A stretch of 63,224 nt of DNA, filler included, from Callorhinchus milii (lineage: Eukaryota), in the NCBI RefSeq assembly GCF_018977255.1. It is 2 parts of 2 records of this genome, joined end to end, with 100 filler letters (N's around TTAATTAATTAA, not from the genome) between each part and the next. Parts side by side here need not be neighbours in the genome. Positions count along the whole stretch, not along the records: positions 1 to 31,577 come from NW_024705615.1; positions 31,678 to 63,224 come from NW_024705616.1. The stretch is one strand, 5' to 3'. Positions 23,003-35,405 of this stretch are shown in pieces. The notes under the pieces are model-generated. The model saw only the letters and a program-made list of their open reading frames with translations, was not told the DNA's origin and did no database searches. The stretch's first letter is position 1. Every line of letters begins with the position of its first letter. The position numbers and the translations under genes were made by a program.

Positions 23003-26000
23003 GGAACATAGAACATAGGAACAGGAGGAGGCATAAAGCCTTTCGAGCCTCTTCCGCCATATAGTTATATCTTGGCTGACGTGTGCCTCAACTCATATTT
23101 TCAATTCCAATTTCCCACTTTCTCCTGATATATATTAATACCCTTAATAAGGCTTACTCAATAGCAATAACCTTAGTGTTGAAGATGTCGATGGATCCAG
23201 CATCTACAGCCATTTGTGGAAGAGAATTCCAGATTTCTACCACTCTTTGAATGGAAAAAATGCTTCCTGATTTCACTCCTAAATGGCCTATTACTAATTT
23301 TAAGGCTATACTCCCTTGTTTTGGATTCCACCACCAGAGTAAATAGCTTCTCTGTATCTACCCGATCGAATCACTTTATCATCCAAAATAAATCAATCCA
23401 ATCACCCCTCAAGTTTCTGAACTCAAGAGAATACAATCCAAGTTTAAGCAGTCTGTCCTCGTAACTTAACCCTTTTAGGCCTCGTAGCATTCTGATGAAA
23501 CTGCGCTGCACCCCCTCCAGGACGAAAACTGAACGCACTCGGCAGATGGGTTCTGGCTGACGCTCTGTACAGTTGAGGCATCAGTTCTTCCCCTTTTTAT
23601 TTCAGGCATCTTGAGATAAAGCCAACATTCCATTTGCCTTTTCGATTACTTTTTGCGTCTGGGAACTATCTTTTTTTCATTTGTGGATATGGATACCCAA
23701 ATCTCCTTGCTCCACCATAGTTCTTAATTTCTTGCCATTCAGAAAATATTCTGCTTTTTCTTTTCTCGGTCCATAGTGGATGACCTTGCAATTCCTTACA
23801 TTGAACTCATCTGCCACAAATGTGCTCACTCACTGTCTAATTCCCTTTGTAATTTCCTACTTCCATCTCACCAACTCACTGAGCCTCCAAGCTTAGTGTC
23901 GTCTGCCATCTCGGATATAACACTTTCTATTCCTTCTTCCGAGTGATTTATATATTATCTAGGTGTATAGAACAATAACCACAAAATTACCTTCATAGAG
24001 GCCTTTAACGTCGTATATATAGTGAATAGATATACATATGGTTCGTATCTGGTGAATAGCTGTATATATGTTGCATATATGGTGAATAGCTGAGATCCCA
24101 GTGCAGACACCTGGGAGACATCACTTGTCACGTCCCACCGATCAGAGAACGTACCCTTTATCCCTACGCTCTCTGCCTCCCAACCAATTACCGAGACACG
24201 TCACAAGGTTAACTTGAACTCCATGCGCTTCATTTTTCGGTAATAATCTTTTGTTCGGAGCCTTATAAAATACCTTCTGAAAGTCCATATAAACAGCATC
24301 CGTACACACTCTCTCATCCAGCATTTTAGAGATCTCCTCAAGAAATTCGACGAGATTAGTCAGAGACGACTTTCCTGTCACAAACCCACGGTGACTCTTT
24401 TTGACTAGCTCATAGCTATCCAAGTGTTCAGACAATCTGACCCTGCTGATGGATTCCAGGATTTTTCCTAAAACTGACGTTGAGCTGACAGGTCGGTAGT
24501 TTCCTGCTTTCTCCCTCGCTCCCTTCTTAAATAAAGGGGTGACATTCACAGTGTTCCAATCTAAGCGCACAATTCGTGAATCTAGTGATTTTTGGAAATA
24601 TTGACGAATGCAGCTGCAATTTCCTCTCCTGTTCACTTTAAAATCCTGGGTGGAAATTATCATTTCCTGGAGATTTGTCTATCATGCGACTCGACTCATT
24701 GTTTTCTCCATTACCATTTTTATTGATATTAACTTTATTAAGCATTTCACTTTGACTTATGTTTAGGTTGTCCTGTATGGCTGCGATTTTGTCCTCATCC
24801 TCAACTGTGAATCCAGAAGTGAAGTATTTACTTAACAAGCCATTTCATTATTTTCCATTAGAGTCTCATCTACATTTATCTTTAACGGGCCCACATTAAA
24901 CTTGACCACTCACTCTTTCTCTTAATTATAGATATGAAAGCTTTTACTATTAGTTTTAATATCTGTTGCTAGTTTATTTTCATATTCCCTCATTGCTCCT
25001 ACCATTATTAGTTTCCTTCTATCACTTTTGTTGTTTTTTGTGGTTCTCCCAGTCATCTGCATTCCCACTTTTTTCCGGCATTTGAGTAAGCCGTTTCTTT
25101 CAACTTGATAGTCTCTTAACTCTTTTGCGCCCCATGGTTGCTCAACTGCACAATTTGAGCTTTTTCATTATAGGGCTAGGCACTTGTTCCCTACTGTATC
25201 AAATACTTTTTGAATACTTCTCATTGTTTGTCTGGAGGTGTCCCCACTAACATTGCAGCCCAGTTTACTGTAGTCAATTTAGTTCTCATTCCATTGAGGT
25301 TGATCACGGAATCATAGAATTATAAAGCACAGAAGGAGGCCATTCGGCCCATCATGTCTGTGTCTCCTTGAAAGCAGCTTTTCCGAATTAATCCCACTCC
25401 CACACTCTCTCCCCAAAGCCCTGATCAACCTCAATGTCCGCTCTCTCTCTCCCCATAACCAATCGCCCTGGCTGATATTTTCTTTCCACTGCTGTTGCAG
25501 GGTATTTTGTCAATAATGCTACTCCTCCTCCTTTCCCAATATCCCTGTCTTCTAAAGATATTATAGCGGAATATTTAGCTCCGAGTCCTGCCCAGCTTTA
25601 AAAAAGATTGCTAATACAACATAGCCTTCAAGCTAATTTTGTGCTTGTTATTCACTTATTTTATTTCTTATGCCACGTGCATTTGTGGAAATAACTCTTA
25701 ATTGGGTTACTGTCCCGATATGCCCAAATGCCCTCATTATGTTCTTCTCACACTGTTTCACGTGTTACACATTTTGTGATAACATCCTATTAGCTTGTTT
25801 CATCCTGTAGTATTTATGTATTTCTCACGGTACGTATTCTGACTGTTGCTCTCATCATCTCGTTGCTTCATGTTTTGGTTATTGTTCCCCACACAGTTTC
25901 CTCTACCCACCCGCCCCTTCATTGGTTTAAAGCTTTTTCTACCGTCCTACTTATCCTTCTCGCTGGAACCTTGGTTGCAGCTCAGTTCAAGTGTAGCCCA

Positions 26001-26520
26001 TCCCAGCAGAATAGTTCATTCCTGTCCCAGTACTTCTGCCAGTGTCCCATGAAATGGAACCCCTGCTCCTCACACCACACATTCATTTCCCTCATCTGTT
26101 GATCTCAGCCGATTAGCACGTGGCTCGGGTGGCAATCCGGAGATCGTTCTGTTTATGAAGTTTAACCCCAGCTCTTGATACGCCCTCAGCAGGACAACCT
26201 TCTTCTTCTTTCCAACTTCATTGGTTCCCGCGTGAATAACGACAACTGGTTTTGCCCCCTTCCTAACCAATTTCCTTTCCAGCGGCATTGAAATATCCCT
26301 TACACTGACACCGGGAAGACAACACTTTCTTGGGGTCTTGATCTCGACAGCAGAGGATCACCTCGATCCCCTTAATTATTGAATCCCCTATGACTACAAT
26401 GTTCCTATTCAATCCTACCCCCAAGTACCCTGTCTCCTCCTCTATGGTACTTTGTATTTCACTCAGGCCTTCTTCCCCACAGACGTCTCCCTCATCCAAT
26501 GAAGTAATTATCTCCAGTGC
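23003..26520 (-). mobile_element. Long decayed CR1 LINE (ORF1 esterase remnant + ORF2 RT)
   Basis: 3' tail (aacatag)n at 23005. RT motifs DW..NVTPLFKKG.REKAGNYRPVS.TSVLGKILE and YMDFQK at 24142-24663. SGNH-esterase ORF1 motifs VVIGDSII and HAGTNEV at 26070-26410. A second CR1-type 3' end is nested at about 25305-25420. Confidence 0.88.
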
Positions 26521-26556
26521 TCTAATTTCCTTCTCCTGTGCCTTATATATTGTCAG

Positions 26557-26717
26557 ATGACGACAAAATTGCAATCAGACAAATTCTGAAAAGTTACAGC
26601 GACTCTGAGCTGCACATGGTGACCGTGTTCTACAGACAGAGACTTGAAGTGATGGATGATCTGGTGGAGGACTTGACATTGATGCTGGAGAAACTACTGA
26701 GAGGCAGACAGTTTGCG
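26557..26717 (+). CDS. NLR gene 2, N-terminal death-fold/CARD-like domain exon 1 (phase 1-0)
   Basis: Acceptor tgtcAG, donor GTaggt. DDDKIAIRQILKSYSDSELHMVTVFYRQRLEVMDDLVEDLTLMLEKLLRGRQFA resembles the FYRxRLE N-terminal motif I recall from shark NLR-like proteins. Confidence 0.8.
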
Positions 26718-27732
26718 GTAGGTTGAGCAACATTGAAATTCACTTATGTGCCTGGTGAAAGTTCAGAGTGTACAGCCCTGTCTCACATGTTACATTGTTC
26801 AGAGGAACTGATTCCAATCCCACATTCAAGTGACCTCAATAAACATTCCAGGAGCTAAAATGTTACACAAACATCAATTTCTAATTGTACAATTAGGTTC
26901 ATCTGCTGACAATATACACAATTAAAACAAAATGTATATATTTTATAATAATTTCTGCAAAGTGCATTGCGGCGTTTCAATGATGTGATGAACTGTAACA
27001 TCAAATGGGAGAATTATTATTTGTATATCTAAGCTATCCACGTAATGTCCTGACCCAAATGTATAGCGCCTTGGGACGTCCTCCCGACGTGAAAGGCGCT
27101 GTATCAAAGGAATATTGTTATTGTTGTTGTAATGATGGATAACCCTTATATCTGAGAAATTCAAATGGGGACGGCTGATATGATTGTGTAATAATCCAAA
27201 GGTTGTTCAGTAAGTCACATAAGCTCGAACTGAGAAAATACAGTAAAATCCATATTAGCAAGTCCAGCTGTGCAGAATCGTCATCTCCCAAGTCGACTCC
27301 AACGATTTCACAGTTACATCTTTCTTTTAATAGTTCCTAACTCCTCCTCCCCTTACAAAAAAGATAGCCATCACACTTGGCAAGCTGCAGGTAACCCTCA
27401 GCAGGCTAGTTTTCCTTGGGAAAAGAAATGATAGGGAGAAAGGCAGATGGACACTTTTATTTTCCAGCCTTCCCTAGCCTGCTTGTTTCTCAGCCCTGAG
27501 AAGCCAGGTGTCTGAGGGTAAAGCGTTTCGTTTCTGAGATCTGTGGTTAAGGTCCCGATTGCTCATTTTCTCAGAGGAGTGAACATCTTCCTAGAAAAAT
27601 AAGAAATGCAATCGGAAGGTGACCTCAACCGGCAAAGATACTTTCAGTCTCTGCTGTGCGAGTCCTCAAATCAATCCCACCTTATCAAAGGATTATGAGC
27701 AGGTGACATTCTCGAAGTACATAATGATTAAT

Positions 27733-28720
27733 TAAAAATTATTTACATCAATGATCTGGACGAGGACATTGAATGTAATGTGTCTAAATTCGCGGATGAT
27801 ACCAAACTCGGTAGCAGAATGAGCTCTCAGGATGATGCAAAAAGATTGCAACAAGCTATAGATAGGCTGGGGGCGCGGGCAAGTAGGTGGCAGATGGAAT
27901 TCAATGTTAGCAAGTGTGAAATTATTCACCGAGGCAGCAAGAATAAAAGAATAGATTATTTTCTGGAAGGGGCGAAGTTAGATAGTGTTACTAATCAAAG
28001 GGATTTGGGTGTCCTTGTACACTAGTCCCAAAAAGTTAGTTTGCAGGTGCAGCAAGCAATGAAGAAGGCGAACGGCATGTTACCGTTCATGTCGAAAGGT
28101 TTAGAATATAAGAGTAGGAAAGTCTTGCTGCAACTATATAGAGCTTTGGTGAGACCGCACCTAGAGTATTGTGTGCAGTTTTGGTCTCCTTATTTAAAAA
28201 GGACATACTTGCCCTAGAGGGGGTGCAGCGTAGATTCACTCGGTTAGTTCCTGGGATGAGGGGACTGACCTGTGAGGATAGGCTGAATAAACTAGGGCTG
28301 TATTCTCTAGAGTACAGAAGAATTAGGGGTGATCTTATTGAAACTTATAAGATTCGTAAAGGGCTGATAAAGTAGACACAGAGGGACTGTTTTCCTGGTA
28401 GGAGAATCTATAACCAGGGGTTAGAGTCTTAAAATTAAAGGTCAGCCTCTTAGAATAGAGTTGAGGAAACATTACTTCACTCAGAGGGCAGTGAACTTAT
28501 GGAAATCACTACCCCAGAAGACTGTAGATGCTCAGTTCTTGAACATTTTCAAGGCTGAGGCTGATAGCTTCTTGAAAAATAGAGGGTTTAGGGGATATGG
28601 GGATAGGGCAGGTAATCAGCCTAAGGTGAGAAGATCAGCCATGATCTTATTGAATGGCGGAGCAGGCACGAAGGGCTGAATGGCCTACTCCTGCTCCTCA
28701 TTCTTATGTTCTTATGTTCT
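27733..28720 (+). mobile_element. CR1 LINE 3' fragment
   Basis: YINDLDE..SKFADDTKLG..WQMEFNVSKC and LEGVQRRFTRLVPG, with internal stops. Ends in a (TCTTATGT)n tail. Confidence 0.93.
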
Positions 28721-29903
28721 TAAAAAGCTTTAAAAACCTTAAGCTCAAAAATATAGCTTTACAAATGTAATAATAATAGTTACCTTCCATTGCCATTCAC
28801 AACATACTGTAAGGTGCAGTGACTCTGTATTTTGTAGACAAACACAGAAGCCAATTTATGTAAGATGAATGCAGATGTACAGATGACAGTCAGATAGCAC
28901 AAATGATGAGGATACTCTGAGCCTTGAGGCGACAGCTCCTGGAAGGTGTGACCTCAAGTGGAAGGGATCCGTGCCCGAGCTGCGACAGGAAGATGTGGTA
29001 TTGCTCTAACGCATTTCATGCTGAGATAAGTTGCCCACCGGAAAGCTCTCAGGGAGTTCCTGGTATAACACCATCCAAAAGTGAGGTTCAAACCTGCGCC
29101 TGTCGAACGACCTGCTAGTGACTATTAAGCTTCTGGGGGGAGGGTTGGGTGGTTGTAGGTAAATGGGGTCTCCTTGCTCAAGGCTGCTGCTAACCCTGTA
29201 GCCAAACCCATAACGAGCGGGTAGTTTCATCCTAGCTGGGAAAGCCGCGAGATAGTTTATCAGACAGCGCTTATCAATGGCAAGCTGTATGGTTTAACTC
29301 GTTAGATTCCAGCAGTTACCCTAACTGGGCTGACTCCGGGCTCCCCCCCAAAAAAAAAGTCTTGGCTGTTGCCAACCTGCATCTAATACTTTCCGGAATT
29401 ATGTAAGCAGGATGCCTCCCTCCAGGGAGAGAGAGGTTATTCCATTCCAACAATCTATCTCTGTGGTTTCCAAGTGTATGCGTGAAGCATGGACTTCTCA
29501 GCTTGGTCTGGATACTCTTGAGCAACAGTGATGGATTTCCACATGTGTCAGACACTTTGTCAATCCCCAAAAATATTTCACATTCACCTAAACAGCTGAA
29601 TCCGGCCTTGTTGGACCGTCTATTCTGTAGGAAAACAACTTCCAGCAATTACAGCACATCCCCAGGTTTGCCATGGAGAGGTAACCCTGACTGTGAGTTC
29701 AGGGTCTAGACGTGATTCTTGAAACCACAAGTTTCAGACTCAGAGACAAGAAGCTTACTAAATAAGCCCGGCTGATTGACAACAGAAGATTGACAAGTTA
29801 GGCAGATTGAGAGAGTTCTGACTCCAAATCAAAACATTGAATAAAGCCGTTCGTCTCATAGCAGTGTGGGTGCAATATAACGCCTTTGTTTCTGTTCCTA
29901 CAG

Positions 29904-30075
29904 CACGTCAGAGACCTGGTAAACAGGAATCAGAGACAGGAAGCATCGAGATATCTTCTGGATTTAGTGACTGCAGCGAGAAGCCGAGTGCAGAGAGGGA
30001 TGTGGGAAGCTTTGGTGAATATAGAGGACAATAAACCACAGCTGAAGGCAATCCTGAGAGAGATCCAGGAAAAGG
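29904..30075 (+). CDS. NLR gene 2, N-terminal death-fold/CARD-like domain exon 2 (phase 0-1)
   Basis: Acceptor ttcctacAG, donor G|GTagga. Encodes HVRDLVNRNQRQEASRYLLDLVTAARSRVQRGMWEALVNIEDNKPQLKAILREIQEK, in frame with exon 26557-26717. The NACHT exon is not seen before the gap. Confidence 0.82.
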
Positions 30076-30477
30076 GTAGGAAACTATAAATGGCGGAAGT
30101 TTTTATGAGTGTTTTGGGGGTGGGGGTGGGTGCGGGAGGAGGGGAGAGGGGTGAGGATGGGTGCTGGATGTCGGATTTTGACACACTTAGATGCAAGCTG
30201 AAGGAAATGCAATACGCTCATGTTTGTAGCTATCGTTTGTGGGGAAATGGGCGTGTAATCACCAGGGTATAACTCGTGTCAGGTCAATTCGGGCTGAGGA
30301 AGTGCCTGGTTTAAGATCTGGTAAATAACAAATATCGGAGGCATGAAAGTGGCAACAAAATAAAGCAGTGAGTCAGTCAAGGCACCAGACACTGACACCA
30401 TGAACAATGTTTGTGAGTAGCTGGCGGCAAGCTGGCGAGAGATACCTGCCAAGGAAACAACCATCAGTTGCCTTGAT

Positions 30478-31130
30478 AAGAACATAAGAAATGCTAGATG
30501 ATAAACAGACCAAGATCCATCTCATTCGCCTTTCACCATGCAGGTGGTAACATGCACATATGTCCCAAACTCGCTCTGTACTCTATCCCACAATGATATT
30601 TCTAAAAAGAAAACTCATCTGTGTTTGAAAGAATCAACATTTCCTGCTTCAACCATTTCCACAGGTTCACTATTCACCAACTGAAATAATTATGCGGAGA
30701 TTTCTTCTGCATTTACCCTTTCAATGTCAGGTCGTATCCTCTGGTTCTAATATACAGGACAAGTTGAAGCAGCCTGTCATGATCCGTATTCTCTATCCCC
30801 TTTAGATTCTTAAACGCAGCAAACATGTCGCCTCTCAAATTTCTCTTCCAGCGTGAACATGAACAATTTAATTGGTCTCTCCTCATAGTCCAGTTCCTCC
30901 ATTCCCGCAATCATTCTGGTTGCCCTGCTGTGTATCTTCTCATTTAACCAACATCCTTGTTGTACTGTGGTGACCAGAAAAGTACACAGTATCTAATTAC
31001 AATCTCACCAGTGATTTGTACAGTTGTAGGACTGTCCCACTATTTTGGCTGTTATTGATCTTTTGATACCAATATCCGGTTTGCTTTACAAATTGTCACA
31101 GAGCATTTTGGGGAGACCTTCAGTTTATTG
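30478..31130 (-). mobile_element. CR1-like LINE 3' fragment
   Basis: aagaacataagaa tail and LRGDMFAAFKNLKG..RTRGY. Collinear with 22205-22860. Confidence 0.75.
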
Positions 31131-31577
31131 TCCATCAGAACCCCAGAAAAATCGGCGGGGCTCTCTGCTCATAATGAAGTAATCATACTTCCACCACCAA
31201 TATTTCATTGCCCCCAGTTCCGCTAACCATGTGACCATAACAATTTGTGTACACATAGCAGCTTCATATTGAAGGCCATCTCTAAGCAAATGGCACAGTT
31301 GAGAGGGAGCCTGAGATAGTACTGTCAACAACAATCACTGGCTCTTATATGTCAACATCCACGCAGAATAGCGACACAGTGGTGGAGCCTCACTCCGAGT
31401 TTGGTGTGGGTGGGGTGAGGGGGGTTGCGTGGGGTGGCCATTAGGAAGGTCAAACAGGAAGCCTTTCATGCAGGACTTGAACAAGTGGAGATGGGGAACG
31501 TGGAGAGATGTGAAGAACGTGGAGGGATAGAAAGCTTGAGAATATGGGAAACTGGAAATCCACTTGTAGAAGGGGAG

Positions 31578-31677
31578 NNNNNNNNNNNNNNNNNNNNNNN
31601 NNNNNNNNNNNNNNNNNNNNNTTAATTAATTAANNNNNNNNNNNNNNNNNNNNNNNNNNNNNNNNNNNNNNNNNNNN
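31578..31677. other. Artificial contig-joining linker
   Basis: Exactly 44 N + TTAATTAATTAA (stops in all six frames) + 44 N = 100 bp. Confidence 0.97.
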
Positions 31678-32275
31678 AGTGTTTATGATCATGGTTTTTT
31701 TTTAATTGAAGACTAGCTTCACTACCATTTCTGCATTCTACAGTTGGACATCGGAGCAGAATTATCCGTGAGTATTTTTGGAGCGTAACCCTCGCGTAAA
31801 AAACAAGTATAACCCGTAAAAACAAAGTTTTTCACTCTAAATCCTTTATATGCGTGGCGGCTAGAGTCCTCTCGTCCTCTGGCTTGAGATGGCTGCCACC
31901 TATGGGTCAGATGATTGCCTGCCACCATTAAGCAATTGGTAATTAAATATAATATTTTTGTCCTAAAAAATGTCAAATTTTGGAAATATTTTTTCACGAA
32001 CTTTAATTGTCACGCACAACGAGTCTGTGTGGAAAATGTCAGCTCGATTGGATCACGGGAAGTGAGTTATAAAACGACCGAAAGATTTGCACGGTTTCTA
32101 AGCAAGCAAGCAAGCGAACTTAATATAAAGGATTTAAAAAGTCCGCACCGAGGACACGTCTCTGTATTGGCAGGGGGGGGGGGTGGGGTTGGGGGCCCAG
32201 CCACATGAGTATTGGTGGGTGTGGGGGGGGGCGCACTCACCCCCGACACGAGCGTCACGTGCTGCTGCCTCGCAG

Positions 32276-32394
32276 GTGGCTCGTGTGCGTCGTCCTCTGC
32301 TCGCTCGCGGGCCTCGTGGTGCTGCTCAACCTGCTGGGCCTGCTGTGCGCACGTGCGGCTACGGCGAGCACGCCGGCGGAAACTTCCTGATGGC
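32276..32394 (+). CDS. PROM1: Prominin-1-like exon (TM3 region), frameshifted as assembled
   Basis: cgcAG / GTgagc. WLVCVVLCSLAGLVVLLNLLGLLC-(1-nt loss)-TCGYGEHAGGNFLMA aligns with prominin LGLLCGxCGY...GGxFLM. Confidence 0.85.
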
Positions 32395-32530
32395 GTGAGC
32401 GGCCAGCGGCCGACGCGGCCCCCCCCCCCCCCCCGGCAGAGGGAGCGCGTTCGCCGCTTGTTGTTGTGGAGGTCCGCCGTTCGAATCGGATGGGTCCCCC
32501 CTGGTTATTGTTGGAGGAGTGGGTTTAGGA

Positions 32531-32673
32531 CAGAGGTCGCAATCGGGTACCCGATACCGTACCCTACCCGTACCCGGCCGGGTAGGGTACGGCCGGGTAC
32601 GGGTATCCGTTTGCGACCCTGGTGCGGCGGGTACGGGTACGGGTAAGGAATCAAAACCCATTTGCGACCTCTG
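32531..32673. mobile_element. hAT-type MITE (143 bp)
   Basis: TIR CAGAGGTCGCAA / TTGCGACCTCTG, perfect 8-bp TSD GTTTAGGA (32523-32530, 32674-32681), internal GGGTAC/GTACCC repeats. Confidence 0.92.
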
Positions 32674-33541
32674 GTTTAGGAGGGGTAAGCTCAGGGTGGC
32701 CGTGTGCTTTCACGGTGGACGTTAAAGCTTCTCTGAGCTCAGCCGAATGGCTTTACTCGGGAAATGCATTTCTGATTTGAGTCGGCCATTGTGTGCTCAG
32801 AGCCCAAATTTGCCAAGTAAAAAAAATGGTCAACCAATGACCGGGGTGGAATGCGTAGCAATCATCGCCCCCTACTGGCAGATTGATGCCCTTGGCTTGC
32901 AGGCCGGGTGATAAGCCACCTTGTGTAGCACACGAACAACTGTCACTGGGGAGGGGGTCGGGGGGGTCCCTTTCAAAATGTTGATAAGACGCGAGTCGAT
33001 TATCAACTTGTAACGCACTCCGAGATGCCGCATGTGCTATATTGGAAAGCAAATTGTTATCCATGAATGGGTTCAGACTTAAGGAACTGCAGTATTACGT
33101 GCCTTGCCGGTGCCTTGCTGTGCTGTGATGGCGTGACGTGCTTTTGGAAGCTATGCCACGGAAGTAATGTTTACTTAAATGTGACTCTAATTCAGCATTT
33201 GAAAGAAGCACTTCAAAGAATTTTGTTTGCGTGCCGTTGATAAAGGACGTCATGCCTTTTACTGCTCGGGGCCTTGGCGAGAGAATTTAAGTGAAACCCG
33301 TTTTCATTTTGTTGTTGTATTCATTGCAGCTGGGCTGAGACACATCAAAACAGGACAATTAAAAGCCTTTAAGAACACTCATGGATGTATTGTGCAGTAT
33401 GGGAAACTGAAGTGTAGGAGCACCAATCCTGTCGGGGGGGGGGGGGGATGTGTAAATGCACAACCCTGTGTGTTGTCGAATATATGTATGTATGTTGAAC
33501 TTATTCCGCACCGCACGTGTGTGTGTTTGTGCTGTAAGCAG

Positions 33542-33661
33542 TGGCGTGGGCTTCAGCTTGACCTTCTCGTGGCTGCTGATTGTGGTGGTGACGCTCACGT
33601 TCGTCCTGGCGGAACGTGGAAAAGCTTTCTGCCAGCCTTGGCCGACAATAACCTCTTCAAG
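33542..33661 (+). CDS. PROM1: Prominin-1-like exon (TM4 region), frameshifted as assembled
   Basis: agcAG / GTgggc. GVGFSLTFSWLLIVVVTLTFVL is followed by GGNVEKLFCQPWADNNLFK once four single bases are restored in G/T runs. Confidence 0.87.
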
Positions 33662-33834
33662 GTGGGCGACGCGCGCTCTGCTCTGTGGCGAGAGATTCCG
33701 TGGGTCGTCCTTGTCGTGGGGTTTCGCTGATCAAGTCCACCGGGAGCCATTGCCCCACGTTCGACGAAGACGTGCAAATGAATTGCATGCATTGAAATGA
33801 AAAGTCTCACTCGTGAGTGCTGCGTGTGCGCGCG

Positions 33835-33980
33835 ACAGCGGAGCGCTGGTTCGCGCGCTGCGCTACGAACCTGGCGACCCGAGTTCGATGCCGCTCACAG
33901 CTCACGTCGGCGATGGATATCTAAACTGGTTATGGGCCTTCCGCTAGATTGACTCGGCGTTAAATGAGTACCTGGTGCGG
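33835..33980 (+). mobile_element. tRNA-derived SINE; relatives at about 38170-38310 and 60025-60260
   Basis: B-box GAGTTCGATGCC and shared ttgactc(a/g)gc.ttaaat body. Confidence 0.65.
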
Positions 33981-34737
33981 CGTGTTTGAATATACCGCGT
34001 CACTCTATCGTGTGCCATTCCAGCATTAACAGGTGCTCGCAACCAGAACCTGCTCCAACAGTCTGTTAGAGGCTCTGTGCGGAACCTTTTTGCGTGAGAT
34101 GGAGGCTGATTAGTTCGGGTGTGGCAGTAAGGCAGGCCTGCAGCCGTGGGCCACGTTCGACGCTGATTCCTGTCGCCGCCATCCCAGCGACTGATTTGCG
34201 AATCGGGTGTCAAACCGTCTCGTGAATTTGGGCAAAAAAAACTCGCGTGGAATGTCGGACAATGCCAGAATTGCACAAAAGTGTGGAAACTAAAACTACG
34301 ACAATTGGGCCCATAGTGTGGGAAGGTAGTCGTCTTCCTGGAAGGTTCTGCACCAGGTGTGGCAACATTCAACACATCCTGACGACACGGTGTACTCTCT
34401 CCGTAGGAGCCCCCACGTTGACTCCCCACGAGTTTCAGCAGGCAAACCATTGTGGTGCTTAGATTACAGACCCCTACCCTATAGGGGTCAGCACTGCACG
34501 CAGAGTGTGGTGGCACTCAGCGCTCACCAGCCCCCTCTAGGGCTGGTGCTACAACCACACGACGTACGGGGGGTGTCCGTGATGGCAATGCATCGCACTC
34601 CGCGCTTCACTCGAGCCGGCATTGGGCGCTTTGTAAACGTGTTGAAGGATTTGCTGGACTCAAAACAGTAAGAGTGCATTGTGGTAGGCTCAAATAATCT
34701 TGGTTTGGCCAGCTCACGGCATCTAATACAACTCCTT

Positions 34738-35090
34738 TTCATATTTTTGGGTTTTTTTGGTAAAGTCACGTAGGTAAAATTTTAAATGAATAAAAGTAAA
34801 TAAAATAAAATTGTTATGTAGACTAGCCGTAGTTTCAGCCGCACCAACCTTACCATAATAATAAAAAGGGGCCAAGCTTGGCTCCTCCACCCTCAACCTG
34901 TATATATACAAGGACTGTTTTCTTGGAATTTCTCTTCCTTGATACAGCAATCGTGCTGTGACGGTTCCACCTGAAGACGGAAGCTTGTGTTTGCTATTTT
35001 ACTTTTATTAATTTTAATTTTTACCTACCTGGTGACTTTACCGAAAAAACCAAGATATGAATCCTTGCAGTCACGAAAGCTTCAAATCTA
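34738..35090 (+). mobile_element. Penelope-type fold-back element, subfamily A (hammerhead motif truncated)
   Basis: Inverted arms ggtaaagtcacgtagg / gtgactttaccgaaa, tail gaatccttgcagtcacgaaagcttcaaatcta. CTGAAGA is present but GAAAC is deleted. Confidence 0.75.
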
Positions 35091-35194
35091 TAAACAACTT
35101 CTTTTGTGCATCCCATCAGCCGTGCGGAACTCTGGGAGTGCATAAGTTTGGCAGCGTACAAAGCCCTTGGCTCCGTTCGAGTGATATCTCATTA

Positions 35195-35405
35195 CTTAGT
35201 TCTTTCGGTAAAGTCACGTAGCTAAAAAATGATGCAGCAAATCTGGCTGTGACGGTCCCACCTGATGACGGAGACTTGTGTTGCCTCCGAAACGTCGTGA
35301 TTTTTATTTTTATTAATTTTAATTTCATTATTTACCTACGTGACTTTACCTAAAGAACTAAAGAGTATGAATCCTTGCAGTCACGAAAGCTTCAAATCTA
35401 GAATG
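35195..35405 (+). mobile_element. Penelope-type fold-back element, subfamily A
   Basis: Inverted terminal arms enclose a hammerhead motif. Same 3' tail as 34738-35090. Confidence 0.8.
35259..35299 (+). ncRNA. Minimal type-I hammerhead ribozyme motif
   Basis: CAC-CTGATGA-c-GGAG..CTCC-GAAA-CGTC^GTG: stem I CAC/GTG, stem II GGAG/CTCC, palindromic ACGT stem III, predicted GUC cleavage after 35296. Confidence 0.72.

Noticed and set aside
31622..31633. TTAATTAATTAA palindrome as a biological site
   Set aside because: It is centred in symmetrical N runs and is a synthetic six-frame-stop spacer.
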